From assembly GCA_051362555.1 (NCBI GenBank), contig CM120646.1:16368001-16432000 (forward strand): a stretch of 64,000 nt of DNA. Direction: 5' to 3'. Source of the stretch: Lingula anatina. Taxonomy: Eukaryota > Animalia > Brachiopoda. A model generated the notes under the pieces. It ran no database searches. It saw only the letters and a list, made by a program, of their open reading frames with translations, and was not told the DNA's origin. The translations under genes were made by a program, and so were the position numbers. Numbering within the stretch: the first letter of the stretch is position 1; each line of letters opens with the position of its first letter. This document shows positions 12,042-26,988 of this stretch, piece by piece.

Positions 12042-14234
12042 TTCAAAACGAGTATATGAAAAAAATATCCTCAAAAAAAAAAAAGCGTTCGAACGGTCAA
12101 CGCACCTGCCCTGCGTTAGCCTCGAGGTGTGCCTCCATTTTTAATGCGCGTGATTTCAAATCTATCCCTTCCTGTGAATGTAATCATCTTGATTTTCCAT
12201 GATTAACCGCGTCCGCTTTCTTTTTGAATTGTAATGCATTGCAACGTTTTCTAGGTAATAATTTGTTTGCAAGCAGGCAAACCCCGGTTTCATTGCACGT
12301 TTGCCTTGTGCTGTAAAATCTCCCCCGTTGAATCACAAGTCGGCTTCAATCGTTCATCCACCAGTCGAATTGCGTGCCTTAACGATAGGAAGGTTGATTG
12401 TAGCTTCCCCGTTAAAAGCCTATCCTGTTTTAATCCGTTTCCAAACTATTTAATAAGCACTGTTCACGCCTTGGCGAGAATGAGCCTGGCATTATAAGAC
12501 CCGTCCCCGCTTTTCACCAAGCTATGACTACAGGTCCGTGGTGGTGCAGCGTGAATTCTGCTCGTCACGTTCGCGCCTCTTCTTGATTGATCTTAGTCTA
12601 ATAGCTTTGCTGTGCTCTTATTTCCGCTTCATTGTTGCATATTTTCACGTGTTTGTCCTTTCATTGGAGAAATAGAATAATGCCGAATGGTTGCTCTGAT
12701 GTCCAGTTAAAATTTCTTATGCGCGACGAGGTTTTTCAGGTGGACTTTAAGGAGGTTTAGCAAAGTGCTACATGTATCGGCTAGTTTATATGATTGGAGG
12801 GGTTTAATCACGTAACTGTTCAAACTCCGATACGGTCTCTCCGTCGCAACTAATAATATCGATTTTTAAAACATGCGATTGAATAGATGCAAATGATTTT
12901 ATACAACGAACTGTTGGAGAGTGCTATTCTTAGTGCAGGCAGCTCGCGCGGTGGTCGTAAATTGGACCTGCGGGAGAGCTGGAGTCTAGAGAGCACTTGA
13001 GCACCTGAACGCTCCTCTGGAATAACACTTTCACAGCTTCACCTGAGCTGGCACTTAACTGACCCGCTGCGTCCCTGGAACACGACCAACGGTTAATTTT
13101 TACAACGCTGCTGACCCATGGGTCTCCTGGTCCAGTTCTGCATTTTATACCATCTTTTCACGACGATTATAGTGAGAAAAAACGCCTGCACATTACTTTT
13201 GATTCTGTCCATTCGAGATCTAGATGCACATATGAATTCTCCAGGCAATGAGCAAATAAAATAAACTGCAGTTAGTTATTCATGTCCTGCTTAGTTTACC
13301 ACCTCATTCATCTGTTGTTTTCTTTTTTTTTTTCAAAATGTTTTCTAACCTCAAAGTAAAGCTTCACTACGTACTGGAAATGAATTCATACAGTTCTGAA
13401 CTCCTATTGCCCGGTGGTAGAAATACATTCAATGAATATGAACGCTCAAGTCCGCCTCCCTTGCTCAGCTGCCGCTCACTGGTCACCCCGGAGGCTGGAC
13501 GCTGGCCAGGTGTGTTGCAGGGGCTGCCGCAGTGTTATCCCGGTCTCTTTGGGGTACCCTGTATGTTTACGCTGCTGCCGTAGGTGTGTATGTATGCACA
13601 TATCCAAGCACGGAGAAAGAGCTCGCTAGCCAAGGGCTGTTTTCTGTGCAAATTACCAGTCGTTAAATATACCGCCTAGATCTATAAGCTACTCGACGCA
13701 ATGTGTAGCAAAACAGCAGGAGGACTTATAATGAAGTTCTGCTTGTTTAACCATGACTTAAGTATTTTCAGTCGATTTAGATAAATAAAATATTTAATGA
13801 CCTTTTTTTGTTAAGTCGACTTATTGAAAAAAGAGGAGCCTTCGATTGGAGTATTGTAATGAGGATTCATCAATCCAATTTACTATGTGGCTGCTTTTTT
13901 TTCAAAGGTTTTACTTGATTTCGGATGATATTTACAGCGTAACTAACCAATAAACATTTTCGGTGTAATGACAAAAAAGCGTTTTCTTCGCTCAGTAGAA
14001 TTCAATGAAATTCTGACCACGGCGTTACAACATTCGAGGTCCCTTTTTATTAACAACTGACGGGCCTCCTTCATCCGCTCTTGCAACTTTCAGTATAAAT
14101 TGATACAGGTAAGGCAAACATCTCCCCGTCACTTGAAACTTGCTTCACCTGCCAGGTAAGTTGCTCTCCGTGCGGCGATGAAATGGATCGAACAAGCTTG
14201 AAGTGTTGAACAGATGTCGAATCTCGACATTTAA

Positions 14235-14314
14235 GGGCTTATTTCCAATGAAACTATCGGTCTACGTAGACCGACCCAACTCGCGGGGACTCTCGCTGAA
14301 TGCAATTAGATTAA
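14235..14314 (+). repeat. About 80-bp dispersed repeat, copy 1 (copy 2 at 15673-15754)
   Basis: Shares TTCCAAT..ATCGGTCTAC.TAGA..GACCCAACTC..GGGGACTCT.GCTGAATGCAAT.AG.TTAA with copy 2. Confidence 0.85.
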
Positions 14315-15672
14315 GAAAATTTGTCATTTTGACCATTGCAATCTACTTTTTTCTCTATTTTCTTCTATGATTTTACTTTAAAATTGCTTATGTTTTATTT
14401 TTACGGGGATAGGGGTTTTAAATCATGCATCAAGTTATTCAGACAAACATCAATACGTCAGTGTTATTGTATGTATCACTTTTCTTATCCTGTTTTTTTT
14501 TTTTTTTAAATTTTATCAGGGAAAAATTCTAATATGGTTACTCACTGTCAACTGTTTTAGCAGTTAATATTTTAACATCAAGATATTTCTACAATTCTAC
14601 CCATCTTTTATAAAGAAAGTGACATAATGTTAGTATGTTTAGCTTGCTTGACCAACCCGTAATGGCACGTGTGAGGGAAGTTAATATTTATTCGATTAAC
14701 AGTGTCATTGCAACAGACCCCTAGGAGTCTATTGTCTGAACGTGGTTAAATGCCACCAGACATGCTGAATTTATTTGCTGTAATATCGGAAGTCTTTAGC
14801 GCTGACAAACAAATTAAACGGGTTATAGATTTTATTCTATGGCTGCGTCGATTCGGAATAACACTGTCTGAGTTTTTCCATTTCTAAAAGTGATATGGAT
14901 GCTGGCGATTGTTTCTGGGTGTCTTTATTTCCCATGTGCTTGTTGCTGACTGAAAAGGTTTCATCTGCGCTAAATAGGTCCGGTTGTCCTATAGCACCGA
15001 GCGTTAAAAATGTCGGTAATAGGTATCGTGACTTTATGACTATTGTGTTTATACGTATTGACGGCTTTTCCTGAAACCACATTTCTTTCTTCCCTGGCCA
15101 ATGTATGCTTTTTGTTGACGAAAAGAGTGTATAATCACGCACTGGATGGCAAGTAACAATCAATCTCTTTTGAAACATTGAAGAACTACGCGAGACTTTA
15201 TCCATTTGTACCTGGTACATGAAACAGTGGTTTTGTACATGTAAATACTTGTCAAAGCACCCCTTAAATATGTACTTGTGTTCAGAAACGTTATGGAATA
15301 AATGTGGTTTGAAAACGGTTATTTTTGACAGGAGTATCTATATATCTTGATATTCTTGATATACAGTGCTTAAACTTTTGAAATTTCCCCAAAATTAAGG
15401 GTAACAGCAGTGCATTTATAGCATTAATACTCATGTACAAGGAATGAGCTACATTGGGTATTATATAAAGCAATAAGGCGCGTGAAATCACAATGGGACA
15501 TTACGAAGTCTAATTAAAACTATGATTGCGGCCGTTCATTTACATTCCGAAACATGAGAATCATGTTATGTAAAACTAACTTTGTACCTACAGGCGAAAT
15601 TCTCTCTTGTGATGTGTACGTAAATCCTATTACAACATGGAGCAGAGAGACCTAGCGGGAACTACATCGTTT

Positions 15673-15754
15673 AGGCCTCATTCCAATAGACACCATCGGT
15701 CTACATAGATTGACCCAACTCCGTGGGGACTCTTGCTGAATGCAATCAGTTTAA
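15673..15754 (+). repeat. About 80-bp dispersed repeat, copy 2
   Basis: Direct diverged copy of 14235-14314. Confidence 0.85.
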
Positions 15755-17057
15755 CAGATTAACACGCCTCCTTCTGACGTATATAAGTATATAGAAAAAC
15801 TGATAATTATACGAGTGAGTTGGAAACAAGAAAAGGCCCGCATTCAGTTATGCTGTTTGCACTCCAGCGAGACTCCACGCAAAGTTGGGTCGATGATATG
15901 TATAAGGATGGTGTCTATGGGAATGGGGTCTTACGTACAGAATGTCTGATCAAAATCAGCGCACTCTTTGATTATTCGAACTATCGATTATACAGTTTCT
16001 GTTAATCTTGTTCATCTAAGGGATTAGTCTTCTTTCCAATAGGTTATATTGACGGCCGTGGAGCTGTGAACGGACTTTAATTAACGCGGTCGACACTGAT
16101 TTCCGTAATACGATTGCGATAGATTACCCCACCGTAGGAACGTGAATCGATGCTCTGGTATGTTTCAGTGCCGCAACGTCGTTCAGACATACGAGGAGAA
16201 ATTAGAGTATGGTCTTCTACCTAATCTAACTTGGTATTTTACTGAATTTTTAAGAAAAAATCTGTTCAATAATAATTGTGCACTGTTTATATCATAGGTT
16301 TTGTTTTGTCAACAGCGTAGCAGTAAACGATAGAGTGCAAAAACCAAAGGAACAACACTGCACTTCTGCAGATATGCAACGTTTTGTCTCTTACTCGTTT
16401 CTCATTTCATCACTGCAATTTTGAATTCAGTAAGCACTTTTACGAAAAATTAAGATATTTCTACTAAGTTATCTCTCTTTTCAGGTGATTCTTTTAGCAA
16501 ACTAATTTTCTAGCAAGCTTAAAAAAAGCTAAGCAACCCTACAAGGACGAGTCATCTGTAGGTTCATATCTGCAGGTCCTCGTTACATAGATTTCGTGTG
16601 ACAATAACTTATTTCACCTCTGAACAAAACATCAGCATCCGCGCGGGGCTCCGAGGAAATCAAGAACACGCAAAGTATGTGTTGAATAATCATTGTTGAT
16701 CTAATCAACTATCCCCCAGGAGGCCGATTGCCAATACTTTAATTTCCATCGTGTCTATCTGGTTATACAATACGCTGCTCGTTGAGCGAATAACTTTCTA
16801 CAACGCCTAGATCAAAATGGCTTTTTCTAAAAGAGACTCCATTTTCGCAAAAAAAAAAAAAAAAAATCTTAAGCAAGTTTCCCAGTTTCTCCGTGTTGTC
16901 CAAAAAGAAAAAAAAAGGAATGTAAGACTCATGACTGAATTCAGTTCCAACTTAAACAAATAAAACCTTCGGATAAATGATATTATCCCCAGGTACCTGT
17001 ACGCACCACCCGTTATACATGTAGAAGAAAGAACTGCTACGTCGCACGCGGGTGTTG

Positions 17058-17126
17058 TGACGTCATACTATTTTTTACCCCTCTCTCCTCGGGCTGTCTT
17101 AAATATGTGACGTAATAAGTCCGCCC
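17058..17126 (+). promoter_or_regulatory. Promoter-like motif cluster (CRE TGACGTCA, TGACGTAA, GC box CCGCCC)
   Basis: TGACGTCA 17058-17065, TGACGTAA 17108-17115 and CCGCCC 17121-17126 in a CpG-containing stretch upstream of a consensus donor (GTGAGT, 17458). Confidence 0.4.
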
Positions 17127-19330
17127 CTGTAAATTCGACGTGTTAGTTCTTCATAGTTTTGGCTTGTGGCAGTGTAGTGATTCATTATCTTATTTTTCTT
17201 CCTAATGAACTGATCAAATACTAACTCGCAGTTTCCGCATTCTCTGGTTAACTCCCACCCTCAGAGCGTGCTGCATATGTCGGTCATTCTCAGCGATTTT
17301 CTTACGGTCTTGAAAGTCGTACTCTTCGCTCCAGTGATCTGCTTTCAGAGAAAATAAATAAATTCCTTCGGACGCACAGGAGTGTGCAGGCCATGTAGGG
17401 AGTGTAATTGCTGAGTTAGTTGATGGGGGATCGTCACTTGTCGGATATTAATATCCTGTGAGTATATTTTGTATGGTTTCAGTAGCTTTCTTTGCTTCGT
17501 TGACGTGTTGCAGAGATAGAAATATGGACGGCAATAGAAGAAGATATCTGGAACATCTAGGCAGAGGGAGCAGAGTAGACAGTGGTGAGACGGGGTATTT
17601 GACAGAGGAAACTCATTAGCTGCCCACCAGTCTTTTTCGTAATAAAAGTCACCGTTTTATTGGTGGAAAGCTTTAATATAAAGTACAAAAAAGGGAACGA
17701 GTGGGTCACAACTACCTTTTTTTACTTGATATATGGATATGAACATAAGCTACAAAAACAAAACAGTTAAAACGAAAGAAAAATACGCCTCTTGGTAATC
17801 TGTAATCGTCAATAACACACTAAGTATTATTCTGCTAAGTCACATTGCGTTCGTGCAAAGCTGCTTTTTTTACATTGCTCAATAATTCAAAAGGACATCA
17901 ACTTACCAGATTCATTAAGGAAATCTTATTATCTTCTTTTTCACTTTTTAGTTTGTACAGTATTGTTTTGGGAATTTATACAAAATTTCATTTATTTAGA
18001 TGAGTTTAAAAAGACATTCAAACTAAAACCTACACTGAAGTGTAGTATATATTTGCATTAAAATCCCAGTGCCAGCAGGAAACAATCTGCATTGACTAGG
18101 TATACCGCTTGGTGTGATAAGGGAATTGGAAAACCCTTGATTGCGTTAGTTGAGACACAGACGATAGTGAATCTTCCTGTCACACCCAAATATACCCTGC
18201 CAAGAGTCGCTGCACATATCTCCGGTTCAAAATAATTATGTTCGATAAGATCCAAATAATATTCAGAATGAGCTTTAATGCAAAATATGGGAGGGACCGG
18301 TCCAAAAAACAAACAAAAAAAAAAAGAAAGAAAGAAACATTTTCCAGATTTTGTTATGACGGGGAACCAACGCACGCGCAACATTAAAATCAAATTGAAC
18401 TATCTCAAAGCTTAGCCTCTAATGGTCTTATTTCTGATTCGTGGATATTTATCTCGAAATAATAACAATCCGCTATCTTTTTCAAAAACCAGTCATGTCA
18501 TTCCTTTTGTGACGAGCAATCTGTCTATCATTATGGTATGTGCGGTTAAAAAAAGCGGAGAGAACGCACCTGTTGTTTTAAATTGATTTTGTGGTCTGCG
18601 CTCTCTTGGTGGTTCCAGCCACAGCTAACCACAATACTTAATACTACCGATTTTTCTGATGAGATTGCCCAGTGATTGGGAGTGGTGGAGCAAAACCACG
18701 GCAATAAAGGAAGGTTCTTTAACCGTGTAGTTCGCATGTGTTCAACAAATATTTGTTTATAATATTTACCAAAATGTGCTGTTGTGCACCGACTGCATGT
18801 TTGGAGCACATTAAATGAAATAAATGATATTTGTGTTTATAGTAAAGAATGTGTTTTATACTGTTAAACATATGGAGTATTTTGCACCTAAATATACAGA
18901 AAATTAAAACTGATTATGATAAAAACAGATAAATAAATGAAAACATATATAGACAAAAAAAAAAAAAAAAAAAAAAAAGAAAGTAAGAAAGAGGATTGAA
19001 AGTAACAAAGAAAAAATAGGAACTGTTATAAAACGCGATTTTTTTCAAAATGATGCATTTAGTATGTCTCAGGATGTAAACCCCGAGTAAGAAAAAATAC
19101 TTAAAATTCCATTATAAAATCAACTGAATCCGAAAAAATGTCATTGCTAGTTAAATTGAGAAATAAAAACCACTTGCACTCCATGTAAATTAAGTTTTCT
19201 CACCCCCAGTTTGTAAAATACCAATGTTGCGGTTAAATGCGGATACAAATCACCCAGCTTTATTGCCGCTGATGTCATATCGATGCAATTTTGTTACCAC
19301 TCCTGCGGCGGGAGTGTCTTTTGATATTTA

Positions 19331-19346
19331 CCAATAGATGGCGCTG
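19331..19346 (+). promoter_or_regulatory. CTCF-like motif
   Basis: CCAATAGATGGCGCTG closely matches the CTCF core CCASYAGRKGGCRS; similar sites at 21320-21335 and 30390-30404. Confidence 0.4.
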
Positions 19347-21099
19347 AAATAACATAATTCCAGATCTAAAACTTTATAATTTCATTTTTCGTTTATTAAT
19401 TTTTTTGGAACAAAATATTGTTTAAGGTCATATTTATGCGTGTGTTTGATAATTTTAGTCGTTTAATGTTTCTAATATTCTGAAAATATTTATAACGTGT
19501 CCAAGAGATAATCAACGAAACAAGCAGTAAGCGGCAAGTAAAATTCTTCTATATAACTAAATTCCAGTTTATTGATTCACATTTTCTAAAAGTTAGATAA
19601 TTTCCTGGGTTCAGTCAGCATGAATTTGAGAGAGAGAGAAAAAGAGTGCGTGTGTTTGTGTTTGTGTGTGCGTGTCTGTGTGTGTGTGCGTGCTAGTGTG
19701 TGTGTTTGTGTGTAGAAAGGGAAGAGGCATCACAGAATTAAGCTACCATTTTATGCTTTTCTATTAAACCAATTGATTCACTTTACATAGCACTGCATCA
19801 GTCAAGTCAAACATCCACTTAAACAACTTATTAAATGCATTGGAACTGCAAGGCAGGAGTGTCTCTTGCTTAGTACAGCCCCACTTTACCCAATTATTTT
19901 TCAGTTATTACATTTATATATTTATATATTTATTTTATGAATTTATCTTTTTATTTTACTCTTTTATTAACTTATTCAATGTATTGCAAGCGTAATGTAA
20001 CAATGTATATTAGTTAGTGCAACCCCGCCTTATGTAAATTATTGTTTATTTACTAAATAATTTATATTTATAAAAAATAATTTATATATTTTTATTTATT
20101 TCATCTTATTTAATAATCATCTTTTATTTAGTTAGTTATTTATTTATTTATTTATTATTTTTTATTTTTTTACTTTTTTATTTTATTTTATTTTTTAAAT
20201 TTATTTTTATGCAAATAAACTTCACTGTTAATTTTAATGTCTTTATTTTCAGTTTTACTGACATTTTTCTTCTTTTTTATCTCCCATTCCTGTGGCTGGG
20301 CGAGGACAAATCTCGGGGTTTAGTAACACGTGCAACCGCAATCGTTACCGCGTAATGAGTAGACCGATTAAACACTGACGGAGCTTGAAATTCACACCAG
20401 TAGCGTACGGCGTGCGGTTAGACCGTGCCTACGGGCATGCAGATTGCGGTTAGAAACGCTTCTTTCGAAAAAAATACCATATGCTTGTACTGAGCCATAA
20501 TTGACTGTAATTAATGTATTGAACGATTTGACTATTTTATGGTTTTTAAGTCCTGGAAGTCAATTATAGGTGATTGCAAGGCTGAGTTAAAAGCACTTGA
20601 GATTATTCATGCGTATTTGTTTGCTTAATTTTTTTATTTTAATTTTGACTGAAATCAATTGAAATTGCCCTGAAGCGTTTTTATATAAATATTTTGATTT
20701 ATTTTCAATGTTGCAACATTCGAATCGTTTATCGAAGGAGAAGATTAATTACCACAGTAATGATGATAAAGTTCATCAAAGTTGTCATATGATCACGAAA
20801 AGAGGGATTGATAACGATAATATTTTTCTCTGTCTTTTTTTCTCTATCACTTAAACCAGGATGATACATAAATGTGATTAAACAAACATAATGTCATTTA
20901 AGTAGGAGTTCAGATCAGTGGCAGCTTATTGGACAAACATATTCACTAGCAATATCTGTTTATCTGACTAATTCGATTTTGGTTGCCTGACTTGCTGATA
21001 TTGTGAGAGTGGAAAATGTTTCCTTTATTTCTTGCACTTCTGCTCACAATTCAAAATAAATAAGATATCTACCTACCTCTAATCAAAACTTTTTATTTT

Positions 21100-21141
<42 letters not shown>

Positions 21142-24100
21142 CCTTGTCAACTTTGTGCTTTCACCTCAGCAGGTGGTTCCACTCCATCTGCTTATAGAAG
21201 AGAAGACCTATAAAATCACATGAATCACAGCACGCTGAAAATAGAATGGTATTTCGGGTTCGCCAGACGACTTATGATTATATAATATTACGTCATCAGG
21301 CAGTAACGTAATATTATGGTCAATAGATGGCGTTGCATAACACAGGACCGACTAGACTGCAGTAAGTATACTTTTCTGTCTAGTGTCTACTGTCCACTCC
21401 AAACATATATCATACTCCGTGAACATTAGCACAAGAGTGCGTCAGTTGCTATTGAGCGAGGGAATTTAGTGCATTGCAAGGCAAATGAGATAGCAAGTCG
21501 GAATTTGCAGTTGTTGTATTGATTTTTTTTTTACCTTAGAAAAGCTGTTTTTGACCTGCTGTGTGCGTACACGTACATGTAAAAGGTAGAGGTCTGGTTT
21601 ATTGTATGCGAGACTAGAATACTTCTCTCCCTTCACTCTCTCACCCTCTCTCTCGCTCAAAGTGGTTAATATAGCATATATCAAGGAGGACATATTTACC
21701 AGCTGGGTTTGTGTATTGCATAATGAATGGTTCTCGAAACACAAGCCCTAAAATATTAAAAACCATTTATTGCAGTGACTATTTACGCAGCTCTTTTAAA
21801 GTGTTAAAACTGATATTCATCCAGTCCAAGGACATCTCGCGTAAAAGCAGACTACTGATAAAACAATGTTGTTATGATAATTACAGACACAATAATAATA
21901 ATAATGTTTTGTTGCTACAGTGTCAGCAAAAACGCTATGCAAATATTATCTATAGTAGAAAACACACTTATACTGATATTACTTTAAAAAATACGACAGA
22001 AATATGATAAGGCAGTCTGATAATAAGTTGTCGATCTACTGTAGAAATAAATACCATCATCATGACTTTAAAATACAAATCAAAAATAATTTGAAATAAT
22101 AAAGTTTCGAAGTAATGCATTTGGGTAGCCATATTTTGCATTGGCAGACTGCTCTTTTGTATAAACAATATGTCTGACGGATTTTACTAAATATACTGAT
22201 GAAAAAAGATTTAATGTTTTCAAGAGCTCCATTAGCAGACGGCTTAGGATTTGGCTTCGTCTCAAGAAGTAACTGTCGAAATACAGACGTCACGTGATCG
22301 TCTGTCTGGAAAACTGGCTGTCACGATTATAAACATGAGCACTAAACGGTCTATTATTCGTAAAATGACGCTGTCATTTGCATTTAAACGGTTAGTTTAT
22401 TTCTTTTTAAGTCCAGCATGTTTTACCAGGGTCGCCAATTTTGATTTAAATCAATGTATTAACCTGAAATGTAAGCTGATATCACTCCGCCTAACTGCTA
22501 AATTTAGTTGCAAGAAATAGCGATAGGGGTCTCTGTCATAGCTCTTAAGGTACTTTGAAAATCGTAACAGAAGGATTAAATTTAAAAAAGGTTGTAAAAT
22601 CTTAGTCTTAAAAGGCTGATGAATACTTCATACTGTCAATTTTCTTTATCAAACGTTGAAAAATCAACCCTTGACAAAAAAGAAAGCGATTGTAGGCATG
22701 TATGTTTATTAATATGAGCGATGTTAGAGTTTAACGTATAGAGTACATGTGTGAATTATGAAAAATTTAAAGATAAGATAGGCAAGAAAATAATGATTAC
22801 TTCATGAAATCAACCTCTACTAAACAACTAAAAAAACTTAATGATCTTTATATGGTTTCATATACAGGTAACGTTCAAATAGAAAACATTTTAGGCTTTA
22901 AAGACGGCAACATTCTCAAAATGTCTACCATGATATCCAACTCACCTTTGCACTGAGAAACTTGGCTGTACATACATATAGTTTCATATCACAAATATGA
23001 AAATTAAGAACAACAAACATTGTTCAAACAATGACTATTCAACCATGTGACCCAAATGAAGATAGTGTGCATATTGCTGAAGCACAAAGCTACAGATTCC
23101 AGAGCTGCGTCGACATTTGAAACAGATCATAGGGCATGTAACATAAAACAAATAATTCGTATATATATAATAAGACTAGAATTTATTCCCAAAATATGGA
23201 CCAGAATGCTTTTCTGTTATGTACTGATAAACAGTTTAGAAGCCGTGTTTCAGTGTATTTGCCTGACACCCAATAGATAAAACGAAGATGTTAAATTTGC
23301 ACCTTCGCCGCCATTTTTATAAATTCTTTTTTCTTTGTCAGATCATACGGGCTTGTGTCAGATTTTTCCATACGAAGTCAAATTTTGATTGTGTTGGAAA
23401 AAACCAAATGCATTGGGGTATATAGAGTAAATGTCATTCTTGTGTTCCTCTCAAATCTGAATTTCCCTTTTATATTTTAATATGTGCCAATTTCCTAGAC
23501 GGAACTGCCACCAATTTACGGCGACTTATGGTTTTCCTCCAACAGGATTAAGCTGAATAAGTTTTTCTTTAGAAACCATAGTGTATTATTTAATGAATAA
23601 ATTCCAACTCACTCAAGAGATTCCAGTTTTGCTAAAACCTAGAATTTTGTACATGTGCACTTTCACCATTTTACATCTATTCTCCTGTGAACTTTCACGT
23701 GCTTATTTTCAGTTATCCCTCTCGTGAGTACTTCAGTATAACGCCCGCATTCGACAAACGAATTACATCTGCTACCTATAGATTTAGGCTTGTTTGCAGA
23801 CACTACGGGCGATGTTCATTATTAAGACAATTGCTCTAAAACTTTAAACTAAGTCTCGTATTTTTCACATCGTCATAATCTGTCAACCATGTGTTGTTAA
23901 GATTGCCTTGAAGTTTCATGATGAAAAGGACAATAACTGAAAGATACAGGTGAATTGCTCTTAATCAATTCTTGTCATGATTTCTATCAGTAAACTGTAA
24001 CCTTCGAGAATATAAACGGAAATATAAATTGATATGTTTTGTATTTTTTCGTTTTGCAAATAGGTCTAGTTTATACTTTTTAGTTACTTTGTGCTGTATA

Positions 24101-26891
24101 GGTGCCATTTTACAGTTGAGAACGCGTGTTTTCTAGATAAATTGTACCAAAAAAGTCACAATATATTATGTAAAATATTTGCCTTTTCACATTCTCACGT
24201 ATACCATTCACTAAATTTTTGTATGATGTTTAATATAAAGGAAACGTATTTCAGCGGCCATATTTCTGAATTGCAAACAGAGCAAATAATAAAATAAGAC
24301 GGGCATTTCAATAATCGGATATGACAACTTTTGTTACCAAAATGTGTGCTGTTTACGAGTAAATAGAGCACACTGACTTATAAAAATATTTTATACTTAG
24401 ATTAACAATTATTAATGTTTTTGTATCTAAAATATTATAAAAGGATTACTGGAAAAACGAAAGGCAACAAAGTGTTTAGAAGAGGTTTCAGAATGTTTCA
24501 ATTATTCGTCAAAATCAAGATCTTAAAATAATTCTCAATAATGGTTTGAATTATTTAATAAAAAAACGAATAAAATAAATTTCTTTCTTCTCTTCTCTCT
24601 TAGAAAGTAAAAAACAGCAAGGTCTCTAGGATTATCCACGCCATTTATGTTAAGAATTGATGCAGGATATTAAAAATTCGATTTTGGAATCTAAATTAAA
24701 CAGAACTGAAAGATTTGCATTCATTATAATATTCAGTTTAAATCCTCATAGTGCTAACTTAGACTTCATATTTCCTTTTGACGGATTGGTCTGTTATAAA
24801 GGTGTCTATGTTTCCCTTCTTTTTTATTGTGAGTATGTCTGTAAGCAGTACTTAGCAATTGTTTTAGAGTATTTTGCTGTCCAAAAGTGTGTTAGTATAT
24901 TATATAAAGGTCCCCCGAGCTGAACACTTGAAAAAGTTTTCGAATTCTCTGTACATAGCGTCATTTCAGAAGGCAAGCAACATTTTACATATCCATCTCC
25001 AAAAAGAGCACAGATTAAAATTGATGTTTTGCTAAATTTATAGTCTAATATTGCATAAATAAAGTAAGGCCCCAACTTGTGAAGAATAAACAGTATTATC
25101 CATTCTTTTTCGTTCAATTAAAGTTAATAAAAGTAATTTTATTTAAGTAAATTTATTATATTAACAGTGGTGAAATATTGAAATTTATTTTGACAAACAC
25201 CCAATATCATGACTCTTGTTCTAAGGTTGAGGAAATATTCTCAGTACCCCATTACGCAATTCAAGTAGCCATTTCTCACTGTAAAATAACAGGAAGGACA
25301 GAGGAGTTAATCTATACACTATTTACCTTAAATTTTAATGTATAAAATAAAGTTTGCTTCTGTATTGAACCGATAGAGAGTCATTCTGGAGATATTAGTA
25401 GTCAGTTGCAAGCTTGTGTGGTTTTGTTACATGGATTTAACCTCTTTTTGTAAAAATATTTATAAACCTATCTTAAGTAGAGTAGACATTCGCCCATAGT
25501 TCTCTCTAAAAAATCAGTTAAAGTGTTAAAGGGGCATTTAAAGGGGTTGTTAGTTTGACAATTTTCGTAACGCGTCCTTCTTGTAGAGGCAAATGATCTT
25601 TGTCAAAATAAATTGTCCCCTATAGCAATATAATGGTGTTTCTTTTTAAGCAGTTTACATAAAGTGGAAAAACCAAGTAGTTATATTCAAATGCGTTAAT
25701 CGAATGGATAAAAACTTCTAGAAATTCCTGATTTTGAAAAACTAGCCTTTATACCTCAAAGTAGTGTACTCCACGTCATGGTACCGCAGCGGAAGAATTT
25801 AACTTTTAACGTAATATATTAATATAATAATATAAAGTAATGGAACTTTCAACCAAAAATATATAGTCTAAAAAGGCTATTCCGGGATTACGCGTTTTGT
25901 TGTCTGTTGGATGAATGCCTATTCTATATATTGGTGTGACCTCTATGCAATTAACAATTGAATTTTTAATTAAGACGGGCCAATATTCTATACAATTAAG
26001 ATCACAAAAACCAAACGAAGAAAAGTTGTGCCTAAAACTTCTGAAAATCACAACTAAGTTTTAATTGCCTTTTGTTGAGACCACTCTTTACATTAAACGG
26101 TGAAGCCATCGAAGTGTTTGGTCGGCTGAGTGTTTCTGACGCTGGCTAAAATGTTCATATTTAAGGAAAGATTGTGAAGATATACTTATGGTTGTGGTCA
26201 AGCATATATTAATTAAAATGGCTGAAGGCAGTATGCAACTGCACGGAAAAAAGACTAACTGTTCATTTCATTTCATCTAAGAGGTAAAAACTAGAAAGTC
26301 ATATTTCGGCATTGTTGTAAAGAACTTCAACTCAGCACCAAAGAAATGTAAGAAAAGCTACTAAACCAAAATATGGTCCAGAGACAATAACATGAGGGAA
26401 CATCAGGTACAATTTACCTGAATTTTTTCAAGTTTTTTCCTTTGAGTCATTGGAATATTTAGTTCATGGCGTTGCCTTTTTATTTTCTTTTCTTAGTGAC
26501 CCGGCGATGTCCACGTAAAATATTCCTGAATATCACCGAACCAGAAATGTGTTTCAAAACAGGTTGTTTCAAAATGTGTAAGAGAAATTAAAAATGAGGA
26601 AATCCTTGCAAACATATTTATCAAAGGACATACATGTCTTCATTCATAAATTCCAGACACGTACAACTCCATGTACCTCATCTTCTGCCTCTCTTTGCAG
26701 TTATTTTTAAAGTTTCTTTTAAAAGCAAAGTTCGATAAAATGTATGACGATAGATGTACTTTGTAACAAAGGCCTAAAATTCTAAAAAAATAAATAATAC
26801 AGGCATTAATACAAAATGATTTTTCAAAAGGCAATAATAATGTATATTAAATGCTACTTCTTTATGCAGTGGCTTATTTGTAGTTCCCGTA

Positions 26892-26894
<3 letters not shown>

Positions 26895-26986
<92 letters not shown>
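26895..26986. repeat. (AT)n microsatellite
   Basis: Directly visible. Confidence 0.95.

Positions 26987-26988
<2 letters not shown>

Noticed and set aside
13555-13576. TACCCTGTA miR-10-like start
   Set aside because: Remainder differs from miR-10 and no complementary star arm is present.
24824-25300. Resemblance to a D5/SF3 helicase (NGYLN, ALFGDGYV)
   Set aside because: No Walker A GxxxxGKS or Walker B motif, and splice-like signals fit eukaryotic exon remnants better.
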